DNA of 62,994 nucleotides, filler included, from Nemertoderma westbladi (GCA_032718475.1; 3 parts of 3 records of this genome joined end to end with filler, not necessarily neighbours in it); one strand, 5' to 3'; shown: positions 48,529-61,960, numbered from the whole stretch's first letter. Numbers and translations are program-made. The notes: generated by a model not told the origin, from the sequence alone.

Positions 48529-51500
48529 CTAGGAGTTTGTATCACTAGGCCTTACTGGGAATTCCACAGAGTATCTACAGTACTCGTAGCCCAATCCCGA
48601 GTACAGTTTACAACCGGTAGGGGCGCTACCGGCCCCCCTTCCGTGACTACCGATCAACCAATCCATACACGCGTTAGTCTGTGCGTCGCTAACGTAATGG
48701 CAATGCCAGGCGGCCAACCAGCGCCGGAACTTAGTGTGCTGGGCGAGCCGCACACTCGGGTTTAGTTTCTTTGCGCGGGTCAACGCCATCCGTCTGTAGA
48801 TACAGTCCCCGGTGCCGCCGATAAACGCCATCTTGTAGGTGGAGGAGTCGAGCCGGCACTCGGCCCCGTCCTGCACCGAGAGCCGCTCGCTAATAAACTC
48901 CGTGCCGCCCTCCCCGCTGTCCCATTGTCGCTTCAACGCTTCACGCATCGCTTTAACGTTGCGCGGCAGGAAGATCGGCCGTTTAAGAAGACCCTCCCGC
49001 AACCCGGGAGTTATAGAAACATCGACGGCGGTCTGTCCGCCTAGGTAACTCGTCCACTTCGAAACGGAATCCGCGAAATCCTCCGACTGCTGATCCTCAG
49101 CCGACTCTAGTAACTCGAAGGTTACCTTCCTCGAGTCCTTATAGACCAGGACCTTAAAGCAGTTGTCGTCCACGAGAATCGTCTCAAACCGTCTCTGATA
49201 GGCGAGGAGTTCCTCGCTGATTGATGTCATCGCGACGGTGGGTGTCAGCACGGCCTCTCCTAGAGCCAACCACGCGTCGCGGCACTCCACGCACACATCG
49301 TCAGTGACCAGGTTCTGTAGCTGGCGCACCGCGTTCACTATGAGTTTATCCAGGGTGAACCCGATGTAGGCGTTGATAGTGAACATATCCCGCAGTCCAT
49401 CCTCGAAGGCCGTGGTTTCCAGGTTCCCATCCAGCAGTCCCTTCACCATCTCCAAGGTCTCGGTGTAGTACCGGGACGACGGCACCTTGGAGCAACGCCG
49501 TAGTCGCAACGCCAACGCCGTAACCTGGCCTTCCGGAGGTGCGCCCTCGATTCGCTCCGAGTTCTCCAGCCCCGCGATCTGATTGGCTAACCGGCGGAAT
49601 CGATCTAGTCGTTCGCACAGGATGCAGTGGAGACGCAGGAATACGTACCAATTGGAGTTGGCCATAAACATGGCGGAGTAGTCGGTGGGACATCCGTTGT
49701 AGAAGGAAGATAGACCCCCAGGGCTCCGGGGACGGGGGGAGTCCTGTTTATTGTTCTTCTTCCTTGTAGAACCGCCTAGAAAAATAATTAAAAAGGAGAA
49801 AAAAAAGGAAATAATTCATCACAAATAAATAATGAATTAATATTCGTTGGTAGATAGTGTTTCATTCCAAATATTTTATTCGCGAAATATTTACTCGCGA
49901 TTTTTTTTTCATGTCTCAATATTTTTCAATATAATCGCACTACTCGCACCCCCCCCCCCCCCCCCCCACACTAACCCTTTACGGCATCGTCGTCGCTGGA
50001 CTGACGCGAAGCCACTGGATCGTTTGAATCCACATCGGAGAGCTCCCCTCGAGATGCGAAGAACAGATCGGGTAGGAAGTGGAGCAGTAGACGCTTAATG
50101 CGCCGCTTCTCGTCAGCGCCGAGGGCGGTGAGCCGCTTAACGTGGTGTATGAGTAGGGTAGCGGCGTCCGCCATCACTCCCCCCTCCTGGACTGCGTCCT
50201 GCGGGTAGGACAGCGTTAGATGGGCCCCCGTGACCGGCTGCGGGGTCCCCTCGTTTATTCCGTGGGCCGCAGTGGCCGATACATTCTCCTCCCGTTCATC
50301 GAATAGAGACTCGATCTCGTTAAGTAAACTCTTTCCTCGGATTAGCTTCACGTCGTTTTGCTTGAAGTTAACGCTCTGATGGTCTAACGACTTTAGGTAA
50401 TATTTCTCGTTCAGTTCCCGCCAGCCCTTGTTAAATCCTCTTTGAGCTTCACGCCACTCAACCTCCTTACCTGCAAGAAAAGAACCATTTATTAATAGAA
50501 AAGTTAGAATCTAATATAAAAGTTAGAATCTAATAGAAAAGTTAGTATCTAATAGAAAAGTTAGTATCTAATAGAAAAGTTAGAATCTAATATAAAAGTT
50601 AGAATCTAATATAAAAGTTAGTATCTAATAGAAAAGTTGGTATCTAATAGAAAAGTTGGTATCATAGAAAAGTTAGTATCTAATAGAAAAGTTGGCATCT
50701 AATAGAAAAGTTAGTATCTAATAGAAAAGTTGGTATCTAATACAAAAGTTAGAATCTAATATAAAAGTTAGAATCTAATATAAAAGTTAGTATCTAATAG
50801 AAAAGTTGGTATCTAATAGAAAAGTTGGTATCATAGAAAAGTTGGTATCTAATAGAAAAGTTAGTATCTAATAGAAAAGTTGGTATCTAATAGAAAAGTT
50901 AGAATCTAATATAAAAGTTAGAATCTAATAGAAAAGTTAGTATCTAATAGAAAAGTTAGTATCTAATAGAAAAGTTAGAATCTAATATAAAAGTTAGAAT
51001 CTAATATAAAAGTTAGAATCTAATAGAAAAGTTAGTATCTAATAGAAAAGTTGGTATCTAATAGAAAAGTTGGTATCTAATAGAAAAGTTGGTATCTAAT
51101 AGAAAAGTTAGAATCTAATATAAAAGTTAGAATCTAATAGAAAAGTTAGTATCTAATAGAAAAGTTAGTATCTAATAGAAAAGTTAGAATCTAATATAAC
51201 AGTTAGAATCTAATATAAAAGTTAGTATCTAATAGAAAAGTTGGTATCTAATAGAAAAGTTAGTATCTAATAGAAAAGTTGGTATATAATAGAAAAGTTG
51301 GTATATAATAGAAAAGTTGGTATCTAATAGAAAATTTTAAGATTTAAAACCCCACAAAAAAGTTAAAATCCAAAAGAAAACTAAGAAAAATATCGTAAAC
51401 CGGGAACCTACCAACCTAAACAGAGTGTCTGTAGTAGTATTTATTATTGTGAGCTTACAATGGATAAGTTAGTAACTTATATATAAATTAGAATGTAATA

Positions 51501-53350
51501 GATAAATTATAGGCCTAATCGATTAGATCAGTTAGAATCTAATAGAGAAATTAGTATTTGCCGGTATGCGACTTACTCTTCAACCGTTTCAGTACGACGG
51601 GGACTGCCACAAACGGAGTTTTCTTTAACCCGTCCAGAATATCCGTCGCTTTGTCTCCGTAAATCCGTTGTATCGACTTACAATGGATCACCTCCGAGGT
51701 CCCTCCCAGACACCCATCCAACCGGAACCGGTTCAACTCCTCCTGACCCATCCGACTCATCCTCCGGGCGACGCCATCCAACACCCGGATGGTGGCGAGA
51801 TTGGACTCGAGGACAACGTCCAACTCGTAGCGCTCGTCCTCGCACCGGTAGATCTGCTCCTCGAACTGCGTCTTCCGGGAGGAGATGAAGGTGGAATCCT
51901 CCGACCAGGAAGGGAAGGACACCCAGACATCGTTGAGACACTCCCGGATCGCGTTGGGGAGTCCGGAACGGCCGGTGCAGCTCGCCGGACGTCCGGCGGC
52001 CTCCGGGATGACGCGGTAACTCGCGCCATATCGTTTACACGATGAGAAGTCAATCTCCATGTAATCCGGGTTGTGCGGGCGCTGCTTCTGGGTTGGCGGG
52101 TTTGGCGTCGCAACAACCGAGTTCGCCGGGAACCCGAGGAAGTCCTTGAACCCGCGGAGGAGTTCGGGGAACTTCCCGAGGAATGGCGTGACCAGTTGGA
52201 GGAGTTCGAGACGACCGACGATCTCGTTGTTAAACATCGAGAGACATCGGAGGAAGTTCTCGTAGACCTTCTGGGAGCGGAGCGCCTTGCGGACCCGGTC
52301 GAAGAAGGCGAACTCGTTGAAGCCGCCTGACTTCCCGACCTCAGCGAGCGCAGGGTCCCGGGGGAGTGCAGGGTCGCGGGTCAGCGGATCGCGAGACGGC
52401 AGATCCCGGGCGATACGCGGCCGTTTCCGCTGCCCAGCACCCGTCGCCCCGGGACGTTTAACCGCGGGTTTCCCGGGGGACTTCCCGGCGAGGCGCCGCG
52501 GCGGGGATACCGCGTCGACGGCTTCTGGGAGGAACTGGGAGAACTCGCTGAGGAGATCCTCCGAGCCGTGGAAGAGTCGAGCGACTTTATCGTAGACCGC
52601 GGATTCGGTGAGACTGAGGGAGTAGGAGGAAGGGCCGTGCGCGGTTCGGACTAGTCGCTGTTCCTTCTGGTAGGTGTGCAGAATCTCGAGAAACTCCTTG
52701 TAGATCTCCGGTTGCGATGCAAACCGGAGTTTAATCTTGTTGACGTAGTTTATCGCGTGGTTGAACTCGACGGGTTGGGCATCGCCGACACCGGCACTCG
52801 CTCCTGGGGCGACGCCATCCGGCACGGGAGAGGTGGGCTCGGTGATGGGAGAAGGGGAGCGGCTCCGGGGAGCGGGTGGGGAGGATGGGGGAGCTGCGTA
52901 GGAGTGCTGCGAGGCGATGTGGTGGGCGGGGGCGGAGGGGGGCGGGGTAGCCGTCGGCAGGGGGGCAGTCGCGGCGTGCGGGATGGAGCAGACCGGGACG
53001 CTGGTTGTCCCGTACGGGCCGCGAATACGGGTGTGCGTTATCTCGCCGCCTCCCGAACTCTTCTCCACCGTCACCTCGATCTTGTACCCAGGAGGAAGGA
53101 AGGTGTTGAACCCGACGATTAGGTCCGGATGGCCTTTAAATAGGTTGGAAACCCGTTGGATTACCCCCGGAGTATCGATGCTTTGCGATTTGAACTCTTT
53201 CATAATGTCTAGAAATTCGTTATAAACTTCCGGCCTGTTTCCGAACTTCAGTTTAACCTGGTCGAGGTAAGTAAGTGCGTCCTCCACCTTTAGTCGCTGG
53301 AAGGGTTGCATTGCAACGCCCTGGTGGAATATGTTTTCCGATTGTTCCAT
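48529..53350 (-). CDS. SIN3A: SIN3 transcriptional corepressor; join(53350-51577, 50470-49976, 49775-48529), 1171 aa
   Basis: PAH1 ([14 protein letters not shown]), PAH2 ([12 protein letters not shown]), PAH3, HID and Sin3_C (NWYVFLRLH). GT-AG phase-1 junctions give a 3516-nt frame and restore [17 protein letters not shown]. Confidence 0.95.
50494..51335. repeat. 19-bp minisatellite (~44 copies) in SIN3 intron 1
   Basis: Unit AATA(G/T)AAAAGTT(A/G)G(T/A)ATCT. Confidence 0.96.
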
Positions 53351-54780
53351 TTACCTGACTCCGTGCAGCCGTGTCTGTCGTTAAACAGTTAAACTCGGAA
53401 CAGAAACAATAATTACAGAATGATATAATTTAGGAACTGAGGGCTGGAGCCTGGACAGCTGGAGGGACAAAGAAAAAAGTTGCTAGGCCAGGCGTACAAC
53501 AGCAGAACAGTACAACCTACAAAGACCAAAGCGACCGAAGGACCGTTCACCGTTACAGACAGACAGAATGGTATTCCTTGTTGGTACTGCAGTACTGTGG
53601 TAAGGGATGTAATTATCTGACTGACTGACCTACTACTACAGCGCTATTCGTACTCGCGACCGGTACCTCAACCTCAGTAAGTCTGGTACCGGTACCGGTA
53701 GGGTAGTCAGTACCGTACTGCCGTACCTGGCGCGGCGGATGATTAATTTCCATATGCTAGGGGTTAGGCCTTCTGCTGTACTGTCCAGCTGTCAGACTGT
53801 AGTATGGCTACGGTACTGTAATTAATAAACGTAGCGTAACAATTTACCGGTCAGCCCGTCCCGGTAGGCCTATCAGCCTATGCGATTGAAAATGGCAAAT
53901 TCAATGCACCTGTCAGCCTGTGTTCTGTGTACATACTGTGTACTGGTAGCGCTGTCAGGCTGTACTTTGTACTTCTGTCTGTCTGTAGCGTACCGGTATT
54001 CCTGTATTTAGGTGGTACTGTCTGACTGTGGTAGGTGAGTCTGTCAGTATACTGACAGTGCAATACTGTATAATACAGTAATACTGAATACTGTAATACA
54101 GTACAGCCAGACAGCAGTAATACAGTAATACTGCATTACAGCAATAGGCCTATGCATAGGGCTGCATAGGGAGCATTGCCCTCCTGTCAGCTGTGACAAA
54201 GGCCAGCTGCAAAATAATAACAAACCACGAAATCAACAAAGATAACAAAACGATGTAGTACCGAATGAAATTATGGCATATGGCGGGAATTATTGAATAT
54301 AATGTCATTCAGTCATTTTGGAGGAACCACGATGTCGATTTAAGATGGGGGACCTTAACAAATAAGTTAAGTAAGGCTTAGGTTCAAAGTAAATGTACAT
54401 TCCCGCATTAACTAAATTATATTAATGCACATTCAAGTTATTTAAATGGGCATTTAGAGTTGTAATCCTTAAGTTAAGGGCCCCTTTAAATTTGAGGGAG
54501 CTTTAGAGCAACCGTCACCATGTCTTTATTTGATCATTGACACATTATGTAACTATTATTTATATCGTACAGTATCAATAATATATTTTAGATATGCTTT
54601 ACCTTTATAAGCAAATTTGGTTGTGGGGCGAGCGACGAAAGTAAGCGAGCTTTAGCATACAGGTACCACTAACTCAATCGGTGGGTCTGTTTTTCTGTTG
54701 TGTTCATTTTTAAACGTTAATAACTTAATAAATTAACTGGTAGTAATTCCTGGCAAAGTTCCAACAATCGTAACTGAACT

Positions 54781-55311
54781 GAGTTATAGTCTGCAGTTCT
54801 CTTAGTCTGCCGCTAGAAGGCAAAATATCTGTAATTGACATCCTTTGACACATTGTTAATTATGACCCATTCAAGCTGCAACTTAGGGTCGCGGTAATTG
54901 GTATGCAGTTTTCCAGTCTGTACGTAAAACGTCTGGAAATGATAACCTTCCATCGCTTCCTTCATTTTAATCCTTTAAAGCTCAAACTTAGGTATCGTTG
55001 GTTCCAGTTTGAAACCAAAATTTTTGCCGAAACGGAGATTGCTGCATTTATTTATGTTGAAATGTATTCTGAATCCGATTGACACACGTATCTATCAGGG
55101 AGAACGGATTATAAACAATAACGCGAAATATCTGATTTTTTAATTTCATCCCAACAAAGACGCAGCCTATGGAGGTTGACGGTCTAGCATGTAAAGTATA
55201 TCTGTCAAGTTGCAGCTTGAATGGGTCATAATTAACAATGTGTCAAAGGATTTCAATTTCAGATAATGTTGCCTTCTAGCGGCAAACAGAGAACTGCAGA
55301 CGGATGAACTC
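54781..55311. mobile_element. Inverted repeat / MITE-like element
   Basis: 54790-54884 is the reverse complement of 55207-55300, with several mismatches. Confidence 0.7.
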
Positions 55312-56714
55312 CTTTGAACGAAACAACTAATTGTCGTACAAATCTGCCAAGTTTCAGCTTAAATTAAACGGATTAAAAGCAAAGAAAATGGAGGTACGCG
55401 TACAGAAATGGATAATTTACTGCACCTGGCACTTTGCTAGTATTTCAAATTTCCCTCCAAAATATTTGAATTATATGACATTAATTTTCTTTCTGAGCTG
55501 AATTATATTTCATTTGTTTTTCTGGTTGAATTATATTTCATTAATTTTTTTCTGGTTGAATTATATATTTAATTAATTTATTTTTACATTAATTTCTTTT
55601 TACATTGCATTATAATTCATAAATTTCATTTTATATTTCCCATTTTAAAAATTAATGAAATTGACCACATTCAGCCACCGTATTATATCGACATACACAA
55701 ACGGTATGTGAACGCACCTTTACATTGATCACAAAATTGATCAAAATATTGGGTATGGGTACCTGGGGCATAGCAGCCTAAAGCCACTATTTCGTGCAGC
55801 CAGCTTGGTAAGTTCATTTCTATAGCTAGTTTTTTAGAAAATATTTCTTAAACTTTTTAACAGGATGGTGTACAAATTTTGCAACTTTTATTAGGTACGC
55901 GTTTCGAGCTTACTGGCCCTCCTCAGTGTGGTGTCGGATTCGACCTAGGCTATAGTTGGAAGCCGAAACAACAAGACAGCTGCCATTTTATTACCCTGTC
56001 ATTATTATTATTGATAGTAGACCTACTGTAACAATGTGTTGATAAGCTGTGTTATTGAAGTGTTTGGAAAGAGCGGGTACAGTGGACGCAAATCCCATTA
56101 TTAGATATCCCATGAAATTTGTGGCTATTTATGGGGGAAAACCTCAATAATTGAATGCAGTAGACTGCCAGCAACAGGGTGTCCGACATATTCTGCACAA
56201 ACCAATAAGCGGCAGCAGTAATCAGGGATACAGCCGACAACGCACAGGCATATTTTACAATATCCACCCCGCTTATTAATTAGTCACATTATATTTAATT
56301 ATATTCCACAACATATTTTACTCTTTGACCCATTTATACGGATCTTTACTCTGTTTTAATCTAGAATAATTCTGTTTAATTTTTATTTAATATTTTACAA
56401 CGTCTATTGATAAAAGTAAACATTAATATTAAACCAAAAGTGAAACTAATTATCCAATATATATAAAGTTTAATATGCCATTAATTAATAATCATTTCGT
56501 AATGTTACAATTTTGAAATTTAATAAATTAAAAGAAATACAGGTTTAATACAAATACAAGTTTTTGTAAAGTAATTTACTGTTATGATGATCCTCGTGGC
56601 ATTATTTTCACTAGTTCACTGCGTTCGTTCGTTTAACAATTACTCGGATCACAACACTCCCACTCCCCTTTAACAGCAAATTGTTTGATTTGGGGAAAAT
56701 TGATAATGAAGACT

Positions 56715-57788
56715 TTAGAAATCTATATGTTGGCCAGTCGAGCAGGAACATTGGGACTCACGATGAGCGCCACTACTAGTACTAGTAGTAGACACAAAGG
56801 GTGTCGACTCTAACAGCTGTTTGTTAACGATACTGTTGTGTTTACCCAACACCAATCGGGGCAGATCCTTATTGAGGCCCTCGAGCAATGTGCAGGAGTG
56901 GCAGACCGGTTGGGACGAGACGTAACCACAACGGACGCAACTCCGTTGCACGGGCCGCTTCACACGCGAGTCCACCACCAAACTCTCCCCGGAATACACA
57001 ATGTTTAGCACCGTGGACGGGTCTAATCGCTCCAAATCTTTGAGGTAATTCCGCACGTGTCCGCGGTAGGAATCGGGTGCGTAACGACACTCAGTGGAGA
57101 AGTAATCCAGTCTCTTATAGTAGGCGTATAGAACAATCTCCTTCTGATAGGAGTACTTAAAGGGTTTAACCCGCGGTAGATTGCCTTCCGAACTTGTAAT
57201 GATATCGGTGCATCGCTGCAGTCGCGAAGTATCTCCGCGCATTATATTCATAAGGATCGTCTCCGCTATGTCGTCTGCGTTGTGACCAGTGGCGAGTTTA
57301 TCGGCCTTTAATTCTATGGCGCCTTTATCCAGGGCTTGTCTACGGAAAACCCCACAGAATGTGCAGTTACTTTTCTTCCCTATTTTCTCGACGATTGAAT
57401 CCATAGTCCAGCCGTACACATCATTGTAAGAGAGTATCTTTAGAGGCAATCCATATTGCAACTCGTTTCGTTTTACCGTCTCCAACGAATCATCCCGATA
57501 GCCAGAAATCCCCTCGTCTATACTCAGAAGGAGTAACTCTATCCCGTAGTTGTATTTATCGTTGAGGGTTTTAAGCACGTGGATTAGAACCGTGGAGTCC
57601 TTTCCTCCGGAGGCACCTAGGGCTACGCGTTCCCCAGGAGCGAATAGTTTATATCGAGTTATTGTGTGGTGGATTTCTTCCTCGAAAGCCCAAAAGAAAC
57701 ACTCTTTGCACATTGAATGGCCGGTTTTCGGTCGCTTCAGAGCCGCGCGCTTAACGCAACCATGTCTCATACACATTGCGATGTCCAT
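56715..57788 (-). CDS. CTU1: Cytoplasmic tRNA 2-thiolation protein 1, single coding exon
   Basis: PP-loop [43 protein letters not shown] and terminal zinc fingers. Confidence 0.97.
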   Translation of the reverse strand: MDIAMCMRHGCVKRAALKRPKTGHSMCKECFFWAFEEEIHHTITRYKLFAPGERVALGASGGKDSTVLIHVLKTLNDKYNYGIELLLLSIDEGISGYRDDSLETVKRNELQYGLPLKILSYNDVYGWTMDSIVEKIGKKSNCTFCGVFRRQALDKGAIELKADKLATGHNADDIAETILMNIMRGDTSRLQRCTDIITSSEGNLPRVKPFKYSYQKEIVLYAYYKRLDYFSTECRYAPDSYRGHVRNYLKDLERLDPSTVLNIVYSGESLVVDSRVKRPVQRSCVRCGYVSSQPVCHSCTLLEGLNKDLPRLVLGKHNSIVNKQLLESTPFVSTTSTSSGAHRESQCSCSTGQHIDF

Positions 57789-58048
57789 TACAGAATTAGA
57801 GTATCGATTATTATTGCCTTTATTGTTATTTAACAGTGCTTCAAAAGAGCGGACTGCGAACCATAATCAAGCCATAACGAATTCTGCAAGGTCAATTTGA
57901 ATTACCTGATTTGCTGATTACCAGTCTGCCAGACAGTACCATGTGATTGATTACCGGTACATGGCAACATGGCCTCCTGTAGGGTAAATCTTTTCGACCT
58001 ACGCGTAGATACGCGTAGTTTGTAACTTCCATTCCTGTCATTTACCGA

Positions 58049-59281
58049 TGTAAAAGCTTTTGTGGGATAACTGATACGTTTGCCTTTGCTGGCCAGTTCC
58101 CCCCCAGTCGCTAGAATACTCTCAAAGGGATTTATAACTAAAATAGTGCAAGCTACCAGCTTATTGGCTGATGTGCTGTACGGAGATATCTGGGCTCAGT
58201 TTAATCGGCCAACTAGTTTAGGGAGGTAGCCTATACCCTGCTGTCCGTGTCGGCCAATAGAATTTGCGTAGGCGTTGATTTCGACCTATCCCAGCGCTAC
58301 TGAACTGAATTTCCTATCTCACTGCTCATCCTCTGTGTTGAACGGGGCTTCGTGGAATAAGAGTTTTTGGTATACTCGTATAGGGGAAGTAGTCATATGA
58401 TTTTATATGATTCTGTTGTTATGTTCCCATTTTTCGCCATAACACCGGCTTTTTGGGAAGAACTCTAGTAAAACTGCTTGAATTATCGAAAGTATAAACT
58501 GTTATCTCAATAACTCACTACTTAACGCATCTTAACATACTCACTTAATTTAACTGCATTAATCATATTGTTTGTACTGTTATTTTACCGTCAGTTATTA
58601 ATTGTACCTATTTGTTGATGGAAATATTGCTCTTTGGATAATACGGATAAATCACCCAAAATTCCCAATTTTCTTGATACACTACAGGTTAGAGAGACCG
58701 GCTATACATAACAATTGCGATTTATATTAATGTGGTGTGTATTAAATCTAATGTTATTTAGCAGACCCTACATGAGTCAATTACTGCTCTCTTTATGTGT
58801 GATCAAATATACTGACGGTCGGCAGAATAGTGTGTATGATTGTGATTGGTAACAAAGTATTTCCTAAAGAATACGCTTTATACTTTAATCATAAGCGGTA
58901 TCGTTGCGTTTTAGTATAAGTCTTAGTTCTGTTTAAATAAATAGAGCGCCACGTCCTAAAGGAACTGTTAATATTTCCCGAAAAGCCAATAATATCTGTC
59001 AGGAATTAATTATTAACGATCTATCGAATAATACAGTAAGTTTACGCTGCAACCTTACACTGCAATAATAAAATTTAAGCATCCGAATTCAGTCTCCCGG
59101 GTGTAGATCCATCGGGTGAATGATCGCGCATGGGCTGACTTCGGCTAATGTTTTGTGTATTAGCATAAATTGTTGTCGTATGCTAAAGGTGTTTTAATTA
59201 ACTAAAAGACATATAAATTTTGGCAGGTTAAACTGCTAAAGGTCTTCAAAAGCGCGAACAGTAACAGTTTATACTCTTATT
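58049..59281 (+). mobile_element. LTR of the element 2 family (copy 3): LTR ~58049-59260 plus the start of the internal region, cut by the gap
   Basis: Starts TGTAAAAGCTT like 26556. 58441-59275 closely matches ~26987-27803, while the U3 middle has diverged. Confidence 0.85.
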
Positions 59282-59381
59282 NNNNNNNNNNNNNNNNNNN
59301 NNNNNNNNNNNNNNNNNNNNNNNNNTTAATTAATTAANNNNNNNNNNNNNNNNNNNNNNNNNNNNNNNNNNNNNNNNNNNN
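59282..59381. other. Assembly gap with a TTAATTAATTAA linker
   Basis: Same 44N-12mer-44N structure as the first gap. Confidence 0.98.
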
Positions 59382-59419
59382 ACCTGAAGACTGTTTTATT
59401 GATTCATGCATATGAATGT

Positions 59420-61172
59420 TTAAAATTAGCACAAATTAATATAATAAAACAAATTAATATAATAAAATTAATACAATAAAACACAGAATCTCTGATGAAT
59501 ACCGTTGTATAACAATGACTATAGAGGAAAAATAAATAAATAGATTATGATAACTGTAAATGTGTCTAATTGAGCATGGAATGAGATATTCTACTCTGCG
59601 AAACGCTCCAGGGACATCAGGAACAGCGAACTTCGAAGATGGTTGGGTGAGGAAGGAACTCCTGTGCAATGAAGGTAGTGCAGCGTTGTTGTTGCTGGCT
59701 GACTGCAGATCCAACAGACACATGAGTCGCATGGCCGCCAGCATTCGGACGTAGAGCAAAGGCGCTGGTGGCAGCCGTTTGAGACTAGTTGTGCAGCGGC
59801 ACGGCGACGGAAGCCGGTAAGGTACTCCAGGTTAACTGGACTCTCGGCGAGAATGTCAATGGCGCTCAAAATTGATGAGGAGGAAGCATACTTGCTGATT
59901 CCACACCACATTCACCAGTAAAACGCTCTAACTTTTTGCACATGGTCGAGGTTTACTGGATCGCCGTCAAGGAATATGGAGCAACCGTATGTGACTTCTG
60001 GAAGAATCAACGCGATCCACAGACGCTTTGCAGAGTTGACAGATATGAGCGTAAGCTTCACTCTACCGGCTAAAAGGGCACATGCTGCGAGACCTTTATT
60101 GTAAAGGTGGCGATAGTGACTACTTGGACCATTTTTTGTTGATAGAACTACTCCTATATAGTTGAACGATGAGGCAAATTCGATCTTCTGACCATCGTAC
60201 CATAGTACGTCTGATTGGGCAAGGCGACCGCCGCGTCTGAATTTAACTGCCTTTGTCTTCAGGAGGTTAAAAGTGTGTGTGACGCGTGACGTGTTTTGGA
60301 GGCAGTAAGTTTCCAGCTTCTTTAGACTTTGTTGGACTTCTTCTAAAGAGTCGGATACAAATACCAGGTCGTCAGCATACATGATTTGATTACTATGCAT
60401 AACGCCGTAGAGAGAAGAAGGGGGAGATCCGATACGAATAAGCTGAAGAGGAGTCGGGAGAGTTTGTCTCCCTAAATAACCCCGCTTGTTTGCGAGATAG
60501 GTTCTAATACATAATCTCCGATACAGATGTAGTTTATTGCTAATATCGACCAGATTGCAGTGATTCACTTTCTGCTGATTCCCAGCCTCGATATTTTCAA
60601 ACATAAAAGACGCCTGTCTAAACTGTCGAACTCGAAAGCTTTCGTGAAATCTATAAATACACAGTAGGTGCGACCACCTGGAATAGAGAGAGAGATCTCT
60701 GGATGCGCTGGCGGAGGACCGTGACAGCAATTATAGTGGACCGCATGCGGCGGAAACCGTACTGGGCGTTGGGCAAAACGTTGCAGCTCTCCGCCCAGAA
60801 TAGTCTGTTGCCCAGAATAGCAGTGTAGATTTTCAGCAGATTCGAAAGGAGAGCGATTCCACGGTAAGAGTTCGGAGAGGATCTTACACCTTTTCCCTTG
60901 TAGAGGGGAATGAGGTATGAGGTCAACCATGCGAGTGGGCGGACCGCGAAATTAAAACACGTCGAAAATAGTACCATTAGGAAGGGAAGTAAATGGCCGA
61001 ATCCAGTTTTAAGCACCTCGTTAGTGATTCCGTCGGGCCCAGGGGCTTTTCCGTTCTTCTGATCATTTACAGCTTTAGTTAGTTCGGTGGCAGCGATTGG
61101 AGCATCTAACTCGTCACAGTTATTAGAGTCTAAATCAGGAAGTTCTTCAACTTTATCACTATGGATATTCAA
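59420..61172 (-). pseudogene. Degenerate non-LTR retrotransposon RT fragment, probably within a SEL1L intron
   Basis: KAPGPDG, YRGIALLS, QYGFRR, FIDFTKAF, YADD and KTK motifs spread over frameshifted ORFs. Confidence 0.88.
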
Positions 61173-61438
61173 ATATTAAAAAAAAATTTGTATTCCTAAA
61201 TATGGCAAATGTTTCCCGGGAAATAAACTCTTTATTACCAGGTAAATATAGCAATGAAAGTGGGAGCTAGTTAAATAAATTATAAAACAGCTGTTGTCGT
61301 GTCACAGTGCAGATGGGAATAAAGCACAATAGGGGAAAATAAATTTGTCAAGCGCCGTTATTAGAGTAATATAAAACAAATTTACATCACTATTTAGGGT
61401 CCCAAAAAGTCAGGATCAGGACCGGTACAGACACCCAC

Positions 61439-61833
61439 CTGATATTGCAATGCGGCCGCGTTGTAATCCACTGCGGTCCCCTTCCCATAGTAATGGTAGT
61501 CGCCGATCTTTAACCTCGCCCTCCCGTACCCCTGGGCGGCCGCCCTGCCCCAGTAGTACAACGCCCTACTCAACACCTCGTCCGCGGGCACCTGCAACCC
61601 TTCGTCCACCGCGGCACCGCCCCCTCCCATCCCGTCCATGATGAAGGCGGCGTTGGATTGGCCCACCACGTAGCCCAACTCCGCCAGCACGGTGTAGACA
61701 GTGACTGCCGCTTGTCGGTCGTTGTTGTGGTACAGACGATGGCCGTCCATCAGCAGTTGCGACCAACGGCCTCGTTCCGCCACGTTCTTAAAGAACTCAA
61801 CCGCGATGGAACAGGAACGAATCATCCCCATCC
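61439..61833 (-). CDS. SEL1L: Internal exon of SEL1L (Hrd3, ERAD)
   Basis: RSCSIAVEFFKNVAERGRW, LAELGY..GQSNAAF, WGRAAAQGY and KIGDYHYYGKGT. Bounded by CAG| and |GTGGGT splice sites. Confidence 0.9.
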
Positions 61834-61869
61834 CTGGATGGATACAATAAATAAACCAACATCATTAAA

Positions 61870-61960
61870 TAATTCACCACCAGCGGGGATCGAACCCGCG
61901 TCTCCCGATAAACGTTTAGGTATTCCGCCTATAGAGGCCTATTATAGAGTTGGATCATCC
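61870..61960 (-). mobile_element. Degenerate tRNA-like/SINE head
   Basis: B box with T-arm stem GCGGGTTCGATCCCCGC. No clear A box or cloverleaf. Confidence 0.35.

Noticed and set aside
51551-53350. 599-aa truncated SIN3 and GC-rich overlapping ORFs as separate genes
   Set aside because: Splice sites join three exons into full-length SIN3. The overlapping ORFs are shadows of high GC content.
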